The notes: generated from the sequence alone by a model not told the origin. A stretch of 64,000 bases of DNA from an uncultured Flavobacterium sp. (GCF_963974175.1 NZ_CAXBBR010000002.1:165266-229265), one strand, 5' to 3'; shown: positions 10,195-19,925, counted from the stretch's first letter. Program-made: numbers and translations.

Positions 10195-10998
10195 ATGCTC
10201 AAACACCTCTCTATTTTTTTATTTGTCTTATTTGGCTTTTCATTTAATTCAAATGCGCAATTCGGATTTTCGCATGAAGTAGGGATTATAGCTGGTCCAG
10301 TAGCTTTTCAATCGGACTATGGACAGCGATATGATTTAAATACAAATGCCGGGAATACCGGTATAGGAATTGGGATTATTCATTATATAAATTTTTCCTA
10401 TACAGCAGAATGTAACTGTTATACCCCTGAAACATATTTTAACGATCACTTCAAACTTAGAAGTGAATTGTCTTATAATAAAACTAGCTTAGAACATTTT
10501 GGAGAATGGGTAACTCCCGATCGCACTAGTCTTGGCGCAAACCAATTGAGAGCGATGAAAGGAAGCACAGCAGTTACTAATATAGGTATGCAACTAGAGT
10601 ATTTTCCGTTTAGTATTCGCGACTTCACCTCAAGAATAGGTAGTTTGGGACCGTTTGTAAGTCTTGGAGGTCAATTTAGCTACTACAATGCCGAAGCCCA
10701 TTCTACATTAGGACCTTTAGGTACACCGCTTACTACATTTCCAAAATATTTAACTCCAACTGACAATCGCCCTTATGGATTTTCGACCGAAGGTGGTACG
10801 GTTTGGTCTGTCGTTACCAGTGTAGGGACCCGTTATAAATTAACCCCATTACGAGATTTAATGATCGATTTGAGATTTCAATATTTTTTCTCCAACTGGG
10901 TAGATGGTTTAAATCCGAATCCTGCTATTTACAAAGAAAACAAAGCCAACGACTGGTTAGTCTGGCTTAATGTTGGATACATTTACTACTTGCAATAG
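10195..10998 (+). CDS. putative outer-membrane beta-barrel protein
   Basis: Signal peptide ending NSNAQ and an alternating amphipathic strand pattern rich in Gly/Tyr/Phe. No specific family recognised. Confidence 0.6.
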   Translation: MLKHLSIFLFVLFGFSFNSNAQFGFSHEVGIIAGPVAFQSDYGQRYDLNTNAGNTGIGIGIIHYINFSYTAECNCYTPETYFNDHFKLRSELSYNKTSLEHFGEWVTPDRTSLGANQLRAMKGSTAVTNIGMQLEYFPFSIRDFTSRIGSLGPFVSLGGQFSYYNAEAHSTLGPLGTPLTTFPKYLTPTDNRPYGFSTEGGTVWSVVTSVGTRYKLTPLRDLMIDLRFQYFFSNWVDGLNPNPAIYKENKANDWLVWLNVGYIYYLQ

Positions 10999-11016
10999 CC
11001 ATAAAGCATTTATAAA

Positions 11017-11054
11017 TAAAAGCCCAATTCTAAATTTTAGAATTGGGCTTTTAT
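11017..11054. terminator. bidirectional terminator
   Basis: 15-bp stem AAGCCCAATTCTAAA/TTTAGAATTGGGCTT between convergent genes. Confidence 0.75.
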
Positions 11055-11092
11055 ACTTAACACTCGGCAACTACGAAGAACTAGTCTAGAAT

Positions 11093-12235
11093 TTATGCTA
11101 GTGCTCGTTTTAAGTCTTCGATTAAATCGTCTGCATCTTCAATACCTACGCTTAATCGAACTAAATCATCAGTAATTCCAATTTCCTTTCTTTTGTCTTC
11201 CGGAATCGATGCGTGGGCCATCATTACCGAGTAATTTGCCAGCGACTCTACTCCACCTAAAGATTCCGCCAAAGTGAATATTTTTATTTTTTCAAGAAAA
11301 TCAATTGCATCTTCTTTTTTACCTGATACAAAATTGAAAGAAACCATTCCGCCAAAACCACGCATTTGCTTTTTAGCAAGCTCATGAAATGGATTAGTTG
11401 TCAAGCCAGGGTAATACACCGTTTTAACTTTTGGATGATTGTTCAAAAATTCAGCTATTTTTTCTCCATTTTCACAATGTCTTTGCATTCTTAAATGCAA
11501 TGTTTTTATTCCTCTCAGTACTAAAAAGCTATCCATGGGCCCCAATGTAGCTCCAGTTGCAAATTGTTGAAAATGCATTTGTTTCCCTAATTCTTCGTCT
11601 TTCATAATCAAAGCTCCCGCCATAACATCAGAATGTCCTGCAAGGTATTTTGTTGCTGAATGCATAACGATATCTGCACCTAAATCCAATGGATTCTGTA
11701 AATACGGTGTTGCGAAAGTATTATCAACGGCAAAAAGCACTTTATTCTGTTTTGTGATTTTAGCAATTGCTTCGATATCTACCAATTTCATCATAGGATT
11801 CGTTGGCGTTTCAACCCAAACTAATTGAGTGTTTTCATTAATCAATGACTTGAATTTTTCCATGTCATTCATATCTACAAAATGGAATATTATCCCTGAA
11901 TCTCTATATATTTTTGTAAACAATCTATAAGTTCCTCCGTACAGGTCATCCATAGCAATAACTTCATCACCTGCTTTCAATCCTCGCATCAAACAATCTG
12001 TTGCCGCTAACCCAGATGAAAAAGCTAATCCTCTTGCACCATTCTCTAAACTCGCCAAAGCATTTTCTAAAGCCGACCTTGTAGGGTTTGCAGTTCTACT
12101 GTATTCATAATCCCCAATAGGTTGCCCCGGACTTGTTTGTGCAAATGTAGTCGTTTGATATACTGGTGGCATAACCGCCCCTGTACTTGGATCATGCTGC
12201 TGCCCGCCGTGTATTGTTTTAGTATTGAATTTCAT
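11093..12235 (-). CDS. Cys/Met-metabolism PLP enzyme (cystathionine gamma-synthase/beta-lyase family)
   Basis: HSATKYLAGHSDV PLP-lysine motif, 380 aa. Confidence 0.9.
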   Translation of the reverse strand: MKFNTKTIHGGQQHDPSTGAVMPPVYQTTTFAQTSPGQPIGDYEYSRTANPTRSALENALASLENGARGLAFSSGLAATDCLMRGLKAGDEVIAMDDLYGGTYRLFTKIYRDSGIIFHFVDMNDMEKFKSLINENTQLVWVETPTNPMMKLVDIEAIAKITKQNKVLFAVDNTFATPYLQNPLDLGADIVMHSATKYLAGHSDVMAGALIMKDEELGKQMHFQQFATGATLGPMDSFLVLRGIKTLHLRMQRHCENGEKIAEFLNNHPKVKTVYYPGLTTNPFHELAKKQMRGFGGMVSFNFVSGKKEDAIDFLEKIKIFTLAESLGGVESLANYSVMMAHASIPEDKRKEIGITDDLVRLSVGIEDADDLIEDLKRALA

Positions 12236-12307
12236 GTCTTTTAATTTTCAATTTTGATGGTTTTACAAACTTACCCATTAATTTATTCTTAGAAAGGTGC
12301 AAGTTGC

Positions 12308-12315
12308 TACCTTTG
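12308..12315 (+). promoter_or_regulatory. -7 box TACCTTTG
   Basis: TAnnTTTG 22 nt upstream of the ATG at 12338. Confidence 0.45.
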
Positions 12316-12337
12316 TATTTAATTAACACATTTTGAG

Positions 12338-13081
12338 ATGAAAAACTACATCCTTTTTGCATCCGTATTCTTTCTTTTTGCCCGTTGTGAAAAAGAACTG
12401 GTTTTTGAAAATCAGACTTTTGAGAAAAAAACACGTTTGGCCTGCAAGGATAATTGTCCTCATATCAGTGTGCGAATTCCTATTGCCAAAGACGTCCCAA
12501 TAGTCGCCGACAGCATCAATAAAAAAGTATTCTCTGTTTTAAAACAGATCGTGTACTTTGGAGAAAAGCCTTACACTTCGACTGACTACAAAGGATTAGT
12601 CAGTTCGTTCATCGATTCGTACGAGCAATTACAAAAGGATTTTCCAAAAGATTCCTTTGGTTGGGAGGCGAAGATTGATGGCGAAGTAAAATATGTGTCT
12701 GAGAGCATCATTAATATCGAAATTAAACACTACACCTATACGGGCGGAGCTCATGGCTATCAAGGAATCCGTTCTTTACTGTTTGACCCTAATACCGGGA
12801 AAACAATCTTGCAGCATCAGTTATTTAAGGATAGAAATGCCTTTAAGGCTTTCGCCGAAAAGGAATTCAGAAACAAATATAAAGTTCCCGAAAAAGGATC
12901 TATTAATCAAACGGGATTAATGTTTGAAGATGATACTTTTCATTTACCTCAAAACATATTTTATACCGATAAAGGACTGCTTTTATTTTACAATCCCTAT
13001 GAAGTTGCCTCTTATGCTGAAGGAACAAAAGAATTATTGTTGACTTATAAGGAAGTCAATGACTATTTGAATTTGAAATAA
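12338..13081 (+). CDS. DUF3298/DUF4163-type lipoprotein
   Basis: Lipobox FARC and HYTYTGGAHGYQG motif characteristic of the DUF3298 family. Confidence 0.7.
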   Translation: MKNYILFASVFFLFARCEKELVFENQTFEKKTRLACKDNCPHISVRIPIAKDVPIVADSINKKVFSVLKQIVYFGEKPYTSTDYKGLVSSFIDSYEQLQKDFPKDSFGWEAKIDGEVKYVSESIINIEIKHYTYTGGAHGYQGIRSLLFDPNTGKTILQHQLFKDRNAFKAFAEKEFRNKYKVPEKGSINQTGLMFEDDTFHLPQNIFYTDKGLLLFYNPYEVASYAEGTKELLLTYKEVNDYLNLK

Positions 13082-13175
13082 TTTACGTTTTAATACTTGG
13101 TTTTAAAGTTATTGGAGGAATGAAAAAACACAAACTTGAAAGGTTTCGAGCTCTTAGAAATTAAAACAAAAATCT

Positions 13176-13619
13176 ATGAGAAAAAGTTTGTTTAAGATAT
13201 TGCTTATTGTACTGAGTCTCTCAATATTTGTTACATCGTTGACTTTCGATGCGTTTTCATATAAATATCAAGGTGTACAAATTATGACGTCATTATCGTG
13301 CTTTTTGATGGGCAGTATTGCTATTTTAGGTGGCGGTCTCCTAGAGTGGATAATTTGGCTGGCAAATCCTTTATGTCTTATCACAATGTTTTGTTTAATA
13401 ATGGATAAAGCTATAGCTGTAAAATTCGCTTTTATAGCAGGGTTTCTTGCGATTTCATTCTATTCTTGGGATTCTATACTTGCAGCAGAAAGCGGGACTT
13501 CTGGAAAAATTTTATCAATTAGGCAAGGTTACTACATTTGGGTCGCAAGTATAATTGTCTTAGCATCTGGAACTTATATCTATTTTAAAAAGTATAAAGA
13601 AATAAAATATACTGACTAA
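13176..13619 (+). CDS. hypothetical integral membrane protein
   Basis: 147 aa with about four hydrophobic helices. No family recognised. Confidence 0.55.
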   Translation: MRKSLFKILLIVLSLSIFVTSLTFDAFSYKYQGVQIMTSLSCFLMGSIAILGGGLLEWIIWLANPLCLITMFCLIMDKAIAVKFAFIAGFLAISFYSWDSILAAESGTSGKILSIRQGYYIWVASIIVLASGTYIYFKKYKEIKYTD

Positions 13620-13725
13620 GATACGTACCCCGAACATTTATTTGTGATTTTAGCAGTAAACAGCACCAATATTTTATTACGTTTAATTTCCAAATATCCA
13701 AAACACGAAACTCCCACAAAACACC

Positions 13726-13866
13726 TAGCCCCGATTGAAGTGGAAACCCTCTTGCACTCCGCCCTATTTTATCTGGTAGAAAAGAGCGACCAGCGGAAGC
13801 TCCTTTTATAGCTTAGAAAAAAAGGGTGGAGCGTGAGAGGTTGTAATGAAAAGCGGGATTAGCTCC
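13726..13866 (-). repeat. expanded (141-nt) copy of the dispersed GGAGC...CGGGGCTA element
   Basis: Termini TAGCCCCGATTGAAGTGGAAA and AAAGCGGGATTAGCTCC match the other four copies. Enlarged interior with its own stem. Ends 8 nt from the DinB-family stop codon. Confidence 0.7.
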
Positions 13867-13874
13867 TAATTCTC

Positions 13875-14330
13875 CTAAATAAATTTACGGATGCTCATTA
13901 TAATTCCAATGTGCAGCCCTTCGTGAAAGTCGTTGAAAGCGATCGCATCTGAAGCGCTTTTTAGCACAATCCCGGCAGATGTTGGGTATTCCTGATAATT
14001 GATAAAGATTTTACTTTCTAAATCGGTTTCCGTTTGATTGATGGTTTCAAGAAGTAACAGCTTGAGTTCATCGACCTCAGCTTGAGTTGCTATATGTTCT
14101 GGCTTGCTTCCTTTTTTATATTTCTCAACCATTTCGTCTGAAATCATCATAGGAATTCCAGATAGTTTGTAAACCAACATCTGTTGAACGACAACTACAT
14201 GGGCAATATTCCAAATCAAGTTATTGTTGTATCCTTCCGGAATTTTATTCAATTGTTCCAATGTATACCCCCCCAGCATTTGAGAAAGTATGTTTCTACT
14301 TGTTCTGGTAACGTCTAGTGTTTGCTGCAT
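13875..14330 (-). CDS. DinB-family protein
   Basis: His-containing helices (NIAHVVV, FHEGLHIG) typical of the DinB/YfiT fold. Start set at the ATG at 14330 (MQQTLD), because the longer track ORF overlaps the divergent gene. Confidence 0.7.
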   Translation of the reverse strand: MQQTLDVTRTSRNILSQMLGGYTLEQLNKIPEGYNNNLIWNIAHVVVVQQMLVYKLSGIPMMISDEMVEKYKKGSKPEHIATQAEVDELKLLLLETINQTETDLESKIFINYQEYPTSAGIVLKSASDAIAFNDFHEGLHIGIIMSIRKFI

Positions 14331-14407
14331 TTTTCTAATTTTTTGATAAAAATAATCATTTTCCGTCTCAAATGAATTTTCTTTGCACAAAGAAAATGCA
14401 TCTTATT

Positions 14408-14764
14408 ATGAACAAAATATATTACATCGCTTCCTGCGATACTTGTAGAAAAATTATAAAATCATTGCCAAAAGGAAATGACCTTGTGTTTCGTGACATC
14501 AAACAAGACCCACTAACAACAGACGAACTAGAGGAAATGTACCAACTTTCAGGAAGTTACGAAGCCTTGTTTAGTAAAAAAGCCCAATTGTATAAGTCGA
14601 TGAATTTGAAAGACAAATCCTTGACTGAGGAAGATTATAAAAAATACATTTTAGAACATTACACTTTTTTGAGCCGACCTGTTTTTGTCATTAACAATGC
14701 TGTTTACGTGGGTGGAACTCAACAAAACATGCTTCAAGTAATGAAAGCGTTGGCTAATGTCTAA
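14408..14764 (+). CDS. ArsC/Spx-family reductase-like protein
   Basis: N-terminal KIYYIASCDTCRKI motif. Start chosen at MNKIYY. Confidence 0.8.
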   Translation: MNKIYYIASCDTCRKIIKSLPKGNDLVFRDIKQDPLTTDELEEMYQLSGSYEALFSKKAQLYKSMNLKDKSLTEEDYKKYILEHYTFLSRPVFVINNAVYVGGTQQNMLQVMKALANV

Positions 14765-15680
14765 AAGGAATGTAGCGCTGTTTGGCGCTACCATTGTTTC
14801 CGTAATTTACGGGGTTACTTTTACCATAGCAAAAGACGTAATGCCACAGTACATCGATGCTTATGGTTTTATTTTATTAAGAGTAAGTGGCGCTATGCTT
14901 TTGTTCTGGCTTTCTTGGCTTTTTATGCCAAAGGAAAAAATAGCCTTTAACGATTTTCCGCGTATTATTGCTGCTGCATTCTTTGGGGTTGCCTTTAACA
15001 TGCTTACTTTTTTCAAGGGATTAAGCCTTACTTCTCCTATCTCGGCATCTGTAATAATGGTGACCACCCCAATGATTGTACTCGTTCTTTCGGCTATTAT
15101 CATGAAAGAACGTATGCGAAAACGCATGGTGATAGGGATTATTTTAGGATTGATAGGAACGGGATCTCTTATATTATACGGCCGTTCCATTGGTAGCGCT
15201 ACAAATGCAAGTCTCGGTAATATACTGGTTTTTGTAAATGCCGTTTCCTATGGTTTTTACTTGATAATCGTAAAGAAATTAATGGATAAATACAATGCGT
15301 TCACCTTTGTGAAATGGATTTATTTATTCGGTTTTTTAATGGTATTGCCTTTTGGCTGGAGCCAATTTGAAGCAACAGATTGGGCAGTAGTACCCACATT
15401 GGTGTATTGGAAAATAGGATTTGTAGTGGTCATCTCCACCTTTATTACCTATTTGCTAAACCTAATTACCATGAAAGAATTGAAACCAACAACCGTTGCT
15501 GTTTTTATTTATCTCCAACCGCTTTTTGCTACGATATTTGCCATTGGTTTAGGTAAGGACGAATTGAGTCTGGTGAAAATAATTTCGGCGCTATTGATAT
15601 TTGTGGGTGTATATATGGTGACGTCCTCCCCCCAGCCCCCTCCGAAGGAGGGGGAGACTAAACTTGAAAAAATTGGGTAG
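14757..15680 (+). CDS. EamA/DMT-family transporter
   Basis: About ten TM helices in two EamA-like halves. 8-nt overlap (ATGTCTAA) with the upstream gene. The last ~18 codons run through a GC-rich palindromic unit. Confidence 0.85.
   Translation: MSKRNVALFGATIVSVIYGVTFTIAKDVMPQYIDAYGFILLRVSGAMLLFWLSWLFMPKEKIAFNDFPRIIAAAFFGVAFNMLTFFKGLSLTSPISASVIMVTTPMIVLVLSAIIMKERMRKRMVIGIILGLIGTGSLILYGRSIGSATNASLGNILVFVNAVSYGFYLIIVKKLMDKYNAFTFVKWIYLFGFLMVLPFGWSQFEATDWAVVPTLVYWKIGFVVVISTFITYLLNLITMKELKPTTVAVFIYLQPLFATIFAIGLGKDELSLVKIISALLIFVGVYMVTSSPQPPPKEGETKLEKIG
15627..15657 (+). repeat. GC-rich palindromic unit (C-run, C-run, GAA, G-run)
   Basis: CCCCCTCC GAA GGAGGGGG forms an 8-bp GC stem in an AT-rich genome, preceded by TCCCCCC. 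Confidence 0.7.
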
Positions 15681-15790
15681 AAATAATTCCCTACATAATT
15701 ACAGCTATTTTTAAAAATAAAACTGCCTTTTCATTAAGATCTGAAATCTATATTTTTACATCTTGAAAAACCAAATGGTTACAGCGCTCG

Positions 15791-15829
15791 GATTCCCCCT
15801 TCGGGGGTTAGGGGGATTTTTTTTACTAC
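15791..15829 (+). terminator. inverted copy of the GC-rich unit followed by a T-run (terminator of the EamA gene)
   Basis: CCCCCTTCGGGGGTTAGGGGGA followed by T8. The reverse complement matches the layout of the unit at 15627. Confidence 0.65.
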
Positions 15830-15834
15830 CTTTG
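15827..15834 (+). promoter_or_regulatory. -7 box TACCTTTG
   Basis: TAnnTTTG 20 nt upstream of the yicC-like ATG at 15854. Confidence 0.45.
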
Positions 15835-15853
15835 AACTCTTTTAGAAAAATAT

Positions 15854-16714
15854 ATGATACAATCAATGACAGGTTTTGGTAAAGCAACTATTCAATTACC
15901 AACCAAAAAAATAACAGTAGAAGTAAAATCTTTAAACAGTAAAGGTTTAGATCTAAACGTGAGAATGCCTTCTCTTTACCGCGAAATGGAATTGGGTTTA
16001 CGCACTCAAATTGCGTCTACGCTTGAAAGAGGAAAAGTAGATTTTTCTATTTTTATCGAAAGTACCGCTGAACAAACAACTACCAAAGTGAATGTGCCAA
16101 TCGTAAAAGCATATATCAATCAATTGAAAGCCGTTTATGCAGATGCTGATGAAACAGAGTTGATGAAAATGGCAGTGAGAATGCCGGATGCTTTAAAAAT
16201 TGAGCGTGACGAAATTGATGAAAATGACTGGGCTCAAATTAAAATCGTAATCGAAGAAAGCTTAAATAACATTAAGACTTTTAGAAGAGACGAAGGGCTT
16301 TCACTAGAAAAAGAATTTCAATTGCGCATCGGGAACATTCGTCAATATATGACTGAAGCTTTAGCATTAGATCCAGAACGCGTTCAAGCTATAAAAGACC
16401 GTTTACAAACTGCTATTGATGAGTTGAAAGTAAATGTAGATGAAAATCGTTTTGAGCAAGAATTAATCTATTATTTGGAGAAACTAGATATCACAGAAGA
16501 GAAAGTACGTTTGACAAATCACCTAGATTATTTCTTAGAGACTATAAACGGAACGGAAGCTAACGGTAGAAAACTAGGTTTCATTACTCAGGAGATGGGG
16601 CGTGAAATTAATACGATGGGATCTAAATCCAATCATGCACAAATGCAGAAATTAGTCGTTCAGATGAAAGACGAATTAGAAAAAATCAAGGAACAAGTTT
16701 TGAACGTGTTGTAA
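15854..16714 (+). CDS. YicC-family stress-induced protein
   Basis: MIQSMTGFGKA start and C-terminal GREINTMGSK motif typical of YicC. Confidence 0.9.
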   Translation: MIQSMTGFGKATIQLPTKKITVEVKSLNSKGLDLNVRMPSLYREMELGLRTQIASTLERGKVDFSIFIESTAEQTTTKVNVPIVKAYINQLKAVYADADETELMKMAVRMPDALKIERDEIDENDWAQIKIVIEESLNNIKTFRRDEGLSLEKEFQLRIGNIRQYMTEALALDPERVQAIKDRLQTAIDELKVNVDENRFEQELIYYLEKLDITEEKVRLTNHLDYFLETINGTEANGRKLGFITQEMGREINTMGSKSNHAQMQKLVVQMKDELEKIKEQVLNVL

Positions 16715-16816
16715 TATTCAATTCTAGAGAATCGATATAACAGCTCTCGATTTACAACGTTAAATTATACCTGCAAGGTTTTTTAAATCCTTTCAGGAAA
16801 GCATAAAAATAGTACA

Positions 16817-17389
16817 ATGAACAAAGGAGGAAAATTAATCGTGTTTTCGGCACCTTCAGGATCCGGAAAAACGACCATCGTCAGACATTTATTAAACCAA
16901 GAAGGTCTGAATTTAGAATTCTCAATTTCAGCAGCTTCTCGTGATCCTAGAGGCGAGGAAGTAAGTGGAAAAGATTACTATTTCATGTCTACTAAAGAGT
17001 TCAAACAACACATCAAGAATGACGACTTTCTGGAATGGGAAGAAGTATACAGAGACAATTTCTACGGGACTTTAAAAAGTGAAGTAGATCGCATCTGGGC
17101 CAAAGGAAAAAATGTAATTTTTGATATTGATGTCGTTGGTGGACTTCGTATTAAACACAAATTCCCAGAAGAAACACTCGCTGTATTCGTAAAACCTCCC
17201 AGCGTAGATGAATTAAAAAGAAGACTAAAAGAACGCTCCACTGAAAGTGAAGATAAAATCAATATGCGAATCGCTAAAGCTTCCGTTGAGTTGGCTACTG
17301 CCCCGCAATTTGACGTTATTATAAAAAACTATGATTTGGCTATTGCTCTTGAAGAAGCAGTTGAGCTAGTACGGAATTTTGTAAAATAA
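16817..17389 (+). CDS. gmk: guanylate kinase
   Basis: P-loop SAPSGSGKTT and guanylate-kinase layout, adjacent to yicC as in many bacteria. Confidence 0.95.
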   Translation: MNKGGKLIVFSAPSGSGKTTIVRHLLNQEGLNLEFSISAASRDPRGEEVSGKDYYFMSTKEFKQHIKNDDFLEWEEVYRDNFYGTLKSEVDRIWAKGKNVIFDIDVVGGLRIKHKFPEETLAVFVKPPSVDELKRRLKERSTESEDKINMRIAKASVELATAPQFDVIIKNYDLAIALEEAVELVRNFVK

Positions 17390-17499
17390 AAACTATTACG
17401 CAGAGACTCACAAAGAAAAAAAAGAGACACGCTAAATAGTATCTTTTACTTTGTGCGTCTTAGGGAGTACTTTGCGATTCTCTGTGAAACAAAATATTT

Positions 17500-18081
17500 A
17501 TGAAAATAGGATTGTATTTCGGAACTTTTAACCCCATCCATGTTGGGCATCTAATTATCGCCAATCATATGGCTGAAAATGCCGACTTAGATCAGGTTTG
17601 GTTAGTTGTTACCCCACATAACCCTTTGAAGAAAAAAAGCACCTTGCTTGATGACTACCATCGGCTACAAATGGTGCATCTTGCTACCGAGGATTTTCCC
17701 AAATTGCAACCCTCTGATATTGAATTCAAATTGTCGCAGCCTAATTATACGGTAAACACACTAGTTCACCTGGAAGAGAAATTTCCCGATCATGAATTTT
17801 CATTGATTATGGGAGAGGACAACTTAAAGTCCTTGTATAAGTGGAAAAATTACGAAGTCATTTTGCAAAATCACGCCATCTACGTCTATCCACGTATTTC
17901 ATCTGAACCTGAAAATCTAGAACTGAAAAATCACCCGAAAGTACAATTAATCAATGCTCCTATAGTTGAGATTTCTTCTACTTTTATTCGAAACAACATT
18001 AAAGAAGGCAAAAATATTCAGCCCCTTTTACCCGCTAAGGTTTGGGAATACATTGATCATAATAATTTTTACAAGAAGTAA
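17500..18081 (+). CDS. nadD: nicotinate-nucleotide adenylyltransferase
   Basis: GTFNPIHVGH nucleotidyltransferase motif. Confidence 0.9.
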   Translation: MKIGLYFGTFNPIHVGHLIIANHMAENADLDQVWLVVTPHNPLKKKSTLLDDYHRLQMVHLATEDFPKLQPSDIEFKLSQPNYTVNTLVHLEEKFPDHEFSLIMGEDNLKSLYKWKNYEVILQNHAIYVYPRISSEPENLELKNHPKVQLINAPIVEISSTFIRNNIKEGKNIQPLLPAKVWEYIDHNNFYKK

Positions 18082-18978
18082 TCACTCCAATACCTTTTTC
18101 AATTCTGCTTCAATAATTTGAAAAGCGGCAGTAAGAGTATCATTTTTACCCGATAACAAAAAAACTTCCGTAGCGGGCATTTGCTTACTATCCCATATCT
18201 TTTGTAATTTTTTATCGTAAATAAATGCCTTCGCATTGCAATTCCACACTACTGAAACTCCTGTGTTTTTTGAAAGCGCTTCCATCATCTCATATTCAGA
18301 AGGAACAATGTAATTAGGAATCATCGATGGCCGCTTCTTGTTAAAAACATATAGCCAAAATAACTTTATATGCGGGATCCCCGAATCATGGCTGTACCAC
18401 TTTTGTTTGTTTAACCAATGCTCCACTTCAGTGAAATCTTTGACTTTGATTTTAGACTTTACTTCTGAGACATCAATATTTGGAGAACCTATGATTATCT
18501 GTTTGATCTCTCCCAACTTCTCCTGAACGGTATCGAAGGTGTCGTACTTTTTAGTTACAACTGCAAAATTTAGTTTTTTTGTATCAACCAATTCAAAAAG
18601 CATTTCGTTTTCATGAAAACTAAAATCAATATAATCAAATTTAGAAAGTAATGAACTTCCTACGCTACTGAATAGGTGTTTAGAAATCCCTACAGATATT
18701 AACTGATTCGTGTTCACTGCTTTGGCTCGAAAACCATTTTCCACATTTTCTAGCCGGTCTAAAGCTTCAATGATTAAGTTATTGAGTAACTTAGCGTATT
18801 CTGTTGGCTCCACCCCCTTGGACTTTCTGTTAAACAATTTATAACCGACATGCGCCTCCAGCATTGACATTTGTTGACTAACAGCTGGTTGACTAATAAA
18901 AAGTTCTTTAGCAGCAAGAGAAAAGTTTCCGTTTTTATAAACAGATTTGAACGTTCTGTACCATTCTAGATTAACCAT
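18082..18978 (-). CDS. LysR-family transcriptional regulator
   Basis: HTH FSLAAKELFISQPAVSQQMSMLE. Start set at the ATG at 18978 (MVNLEWYRTF). Confidence 0.85.
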   Translation of the reverse strand: MVNLEWYRTFKSVYKNGNFSLAAKELFISQPAVSQQMSMLEAHVGYKLFNRKSKGVEPTEYAKLLNNLIIEALDRLENVENGFRAKAVNTNQLISVGISKHLFSSVGSSLLSKFDYIDFSFHENEMLFELVDTKKLNFAVVTKKYDTFDTVQEKLGEIKQIIIGSPNIDVSEVKSKIKVKDFTEVEHWLNKQKWYSHDSGIPHIKLFWLYVFNKKRPSMIPNYIVPSEYEMMEALSKNTGVSVVWNCNAKAFIYDKKLQKIWDSKQMPATEVFLLSGKNDTLTAAFQIIEAELKKVLE

Positions 18979-18981
18979 GAT

Positions 18982-18995
18982 ATAAATATATTTAT
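18982..18995. promoter_or_regulatory. 14-bp perfect palindrome ATAAATATATTTAT in the LysR / DJ-1 divergent spacer (candidate LysR box)
   Basis: Perfect dyad in the 87-bp divergent intergenic region. AT-rich dyads also arise by chance here. Confidence 0.3.
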
Positions 18996-19039
18996 CACAA
19001 ACATAATTTAAATTATTTTTACTAATAACATATTCGCCG

Positions 19040-19047
19040 TAAATTTG
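19040..19047 (+). promoter_or_regulatory. -7 box TAAATTTG
   Basis: TAnnTTTG 19 nt upstream of the ATG at 19066. Confidence 0.45.
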
Positions 19048-19065
19048 TATAATCAAAATAACAAA

Positions 19066-19836
19066 ATGAAAAAAGTCGCATTATTTGCATTAATAGTATT
19101 AACGGTAGGTTGTTTTACAGCAACTGCGCAAAAAACAAAAAAAACAAAGATGAAAAAAGTATTATTCGTTCTAACTAGTCATTCAGATTTAGGGAACACG
19201 GGAGAAAAAACAGGATTTTGGGTTGAAGAATTTGCAGCACCATATTATGAGTTAGCAGATAAAGGAGTTGTAATTGATATTGCGACGCCACTAGGAGGTC
19301 AGCCACCAATTGACCCTAAAAGTGATGACCCATCTGCAGCAACAGAAGACACTAAAAGATTTGACAAAGACACAGAGCTTAAAGCAAAATTAAGCAAAAC
19401 GCATAAATTAACTGAAGTAAAAGAGTCTGATTATGATGCTGTATTTTACCCTGGAGGTCACGGACCATTATGGGATTTAGCAACAGATAAAACTTCAATT
19501 GATTTAATTTCTGCTTTTTATTCTAATAAAAAACCGGTAGCATTTGTTTGTCATTCACCTGCAGCGCTTAAAAATGTAAAAGTGAACGGAGAATTCTTAG
19601 TAAAAGGAAAAAAACTGACTGGTTTTTCTAATACCGAAGAAGCAGCAGTAGGATTAACAGACGTTGTTCCGTTTTTATTAGAAGACGCTTTACAAGCAAA
19701 CGGAGCTACGTATTCAAAAGTAGAAGATTGGCACCCTTACGCAGTAGAAGATGGTTTATTGATTACAGGTCAAAACCCAGCTTCCTCTAAATTAGTTGCT
19801 GAAAAATTATTGCAACAATTGAACACAAAAAAATAA
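19066..19836 (+). CDS. DJ-1/PfpI-family (class I glutamine amidotransferase-like) protein with signal peptide
   Basis: Nucleophile elbow AFVCHSPAAL. The track start at 19045 is a TTG, so the ATG at 19066 (MKKVALF) is preferred. Confidence 0.85.
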   Translation: MKKVALFALIVLTVGCFTATAQKTKKTKMKKVLFVLTSHSDLGNTGEKTGFWVEEFAAPYYELADKGVVIDIATPLGGQPPIDPKSDDPSAATEDTKRFDKDTELKAKLSKTHKLTEVKESDYDAVFYPGGHGPLWDLATDKTSIDLISAFYSNKKPVAFVCHSPAALKNVKVNGEFLVKGKKLTGFSNTEEAAVGLTDVVPFLLEDALQANGATYSKVEDWHPYAVEDGLLITGQNPASSKLVAEKLLQQLNTKK

Positions 19837-19925
19837 TTAACAATTAAATTATAAGGCTCTAATTGACCATGATTCTAATTTAGAACGCTGGTTTTAGGGC
19901 CTTTTAATTACTTAAAACAAGTAAG

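Noticed and set aside
12219-12434. 71-aa minus-strand ORF overlapping the start of the DUF3298 lipoprotein gene
   Set aside because: It overlaps a divergent promoter region and the 5' end of a better-supported gene. It is basic and low in complexity, with no independent signals.
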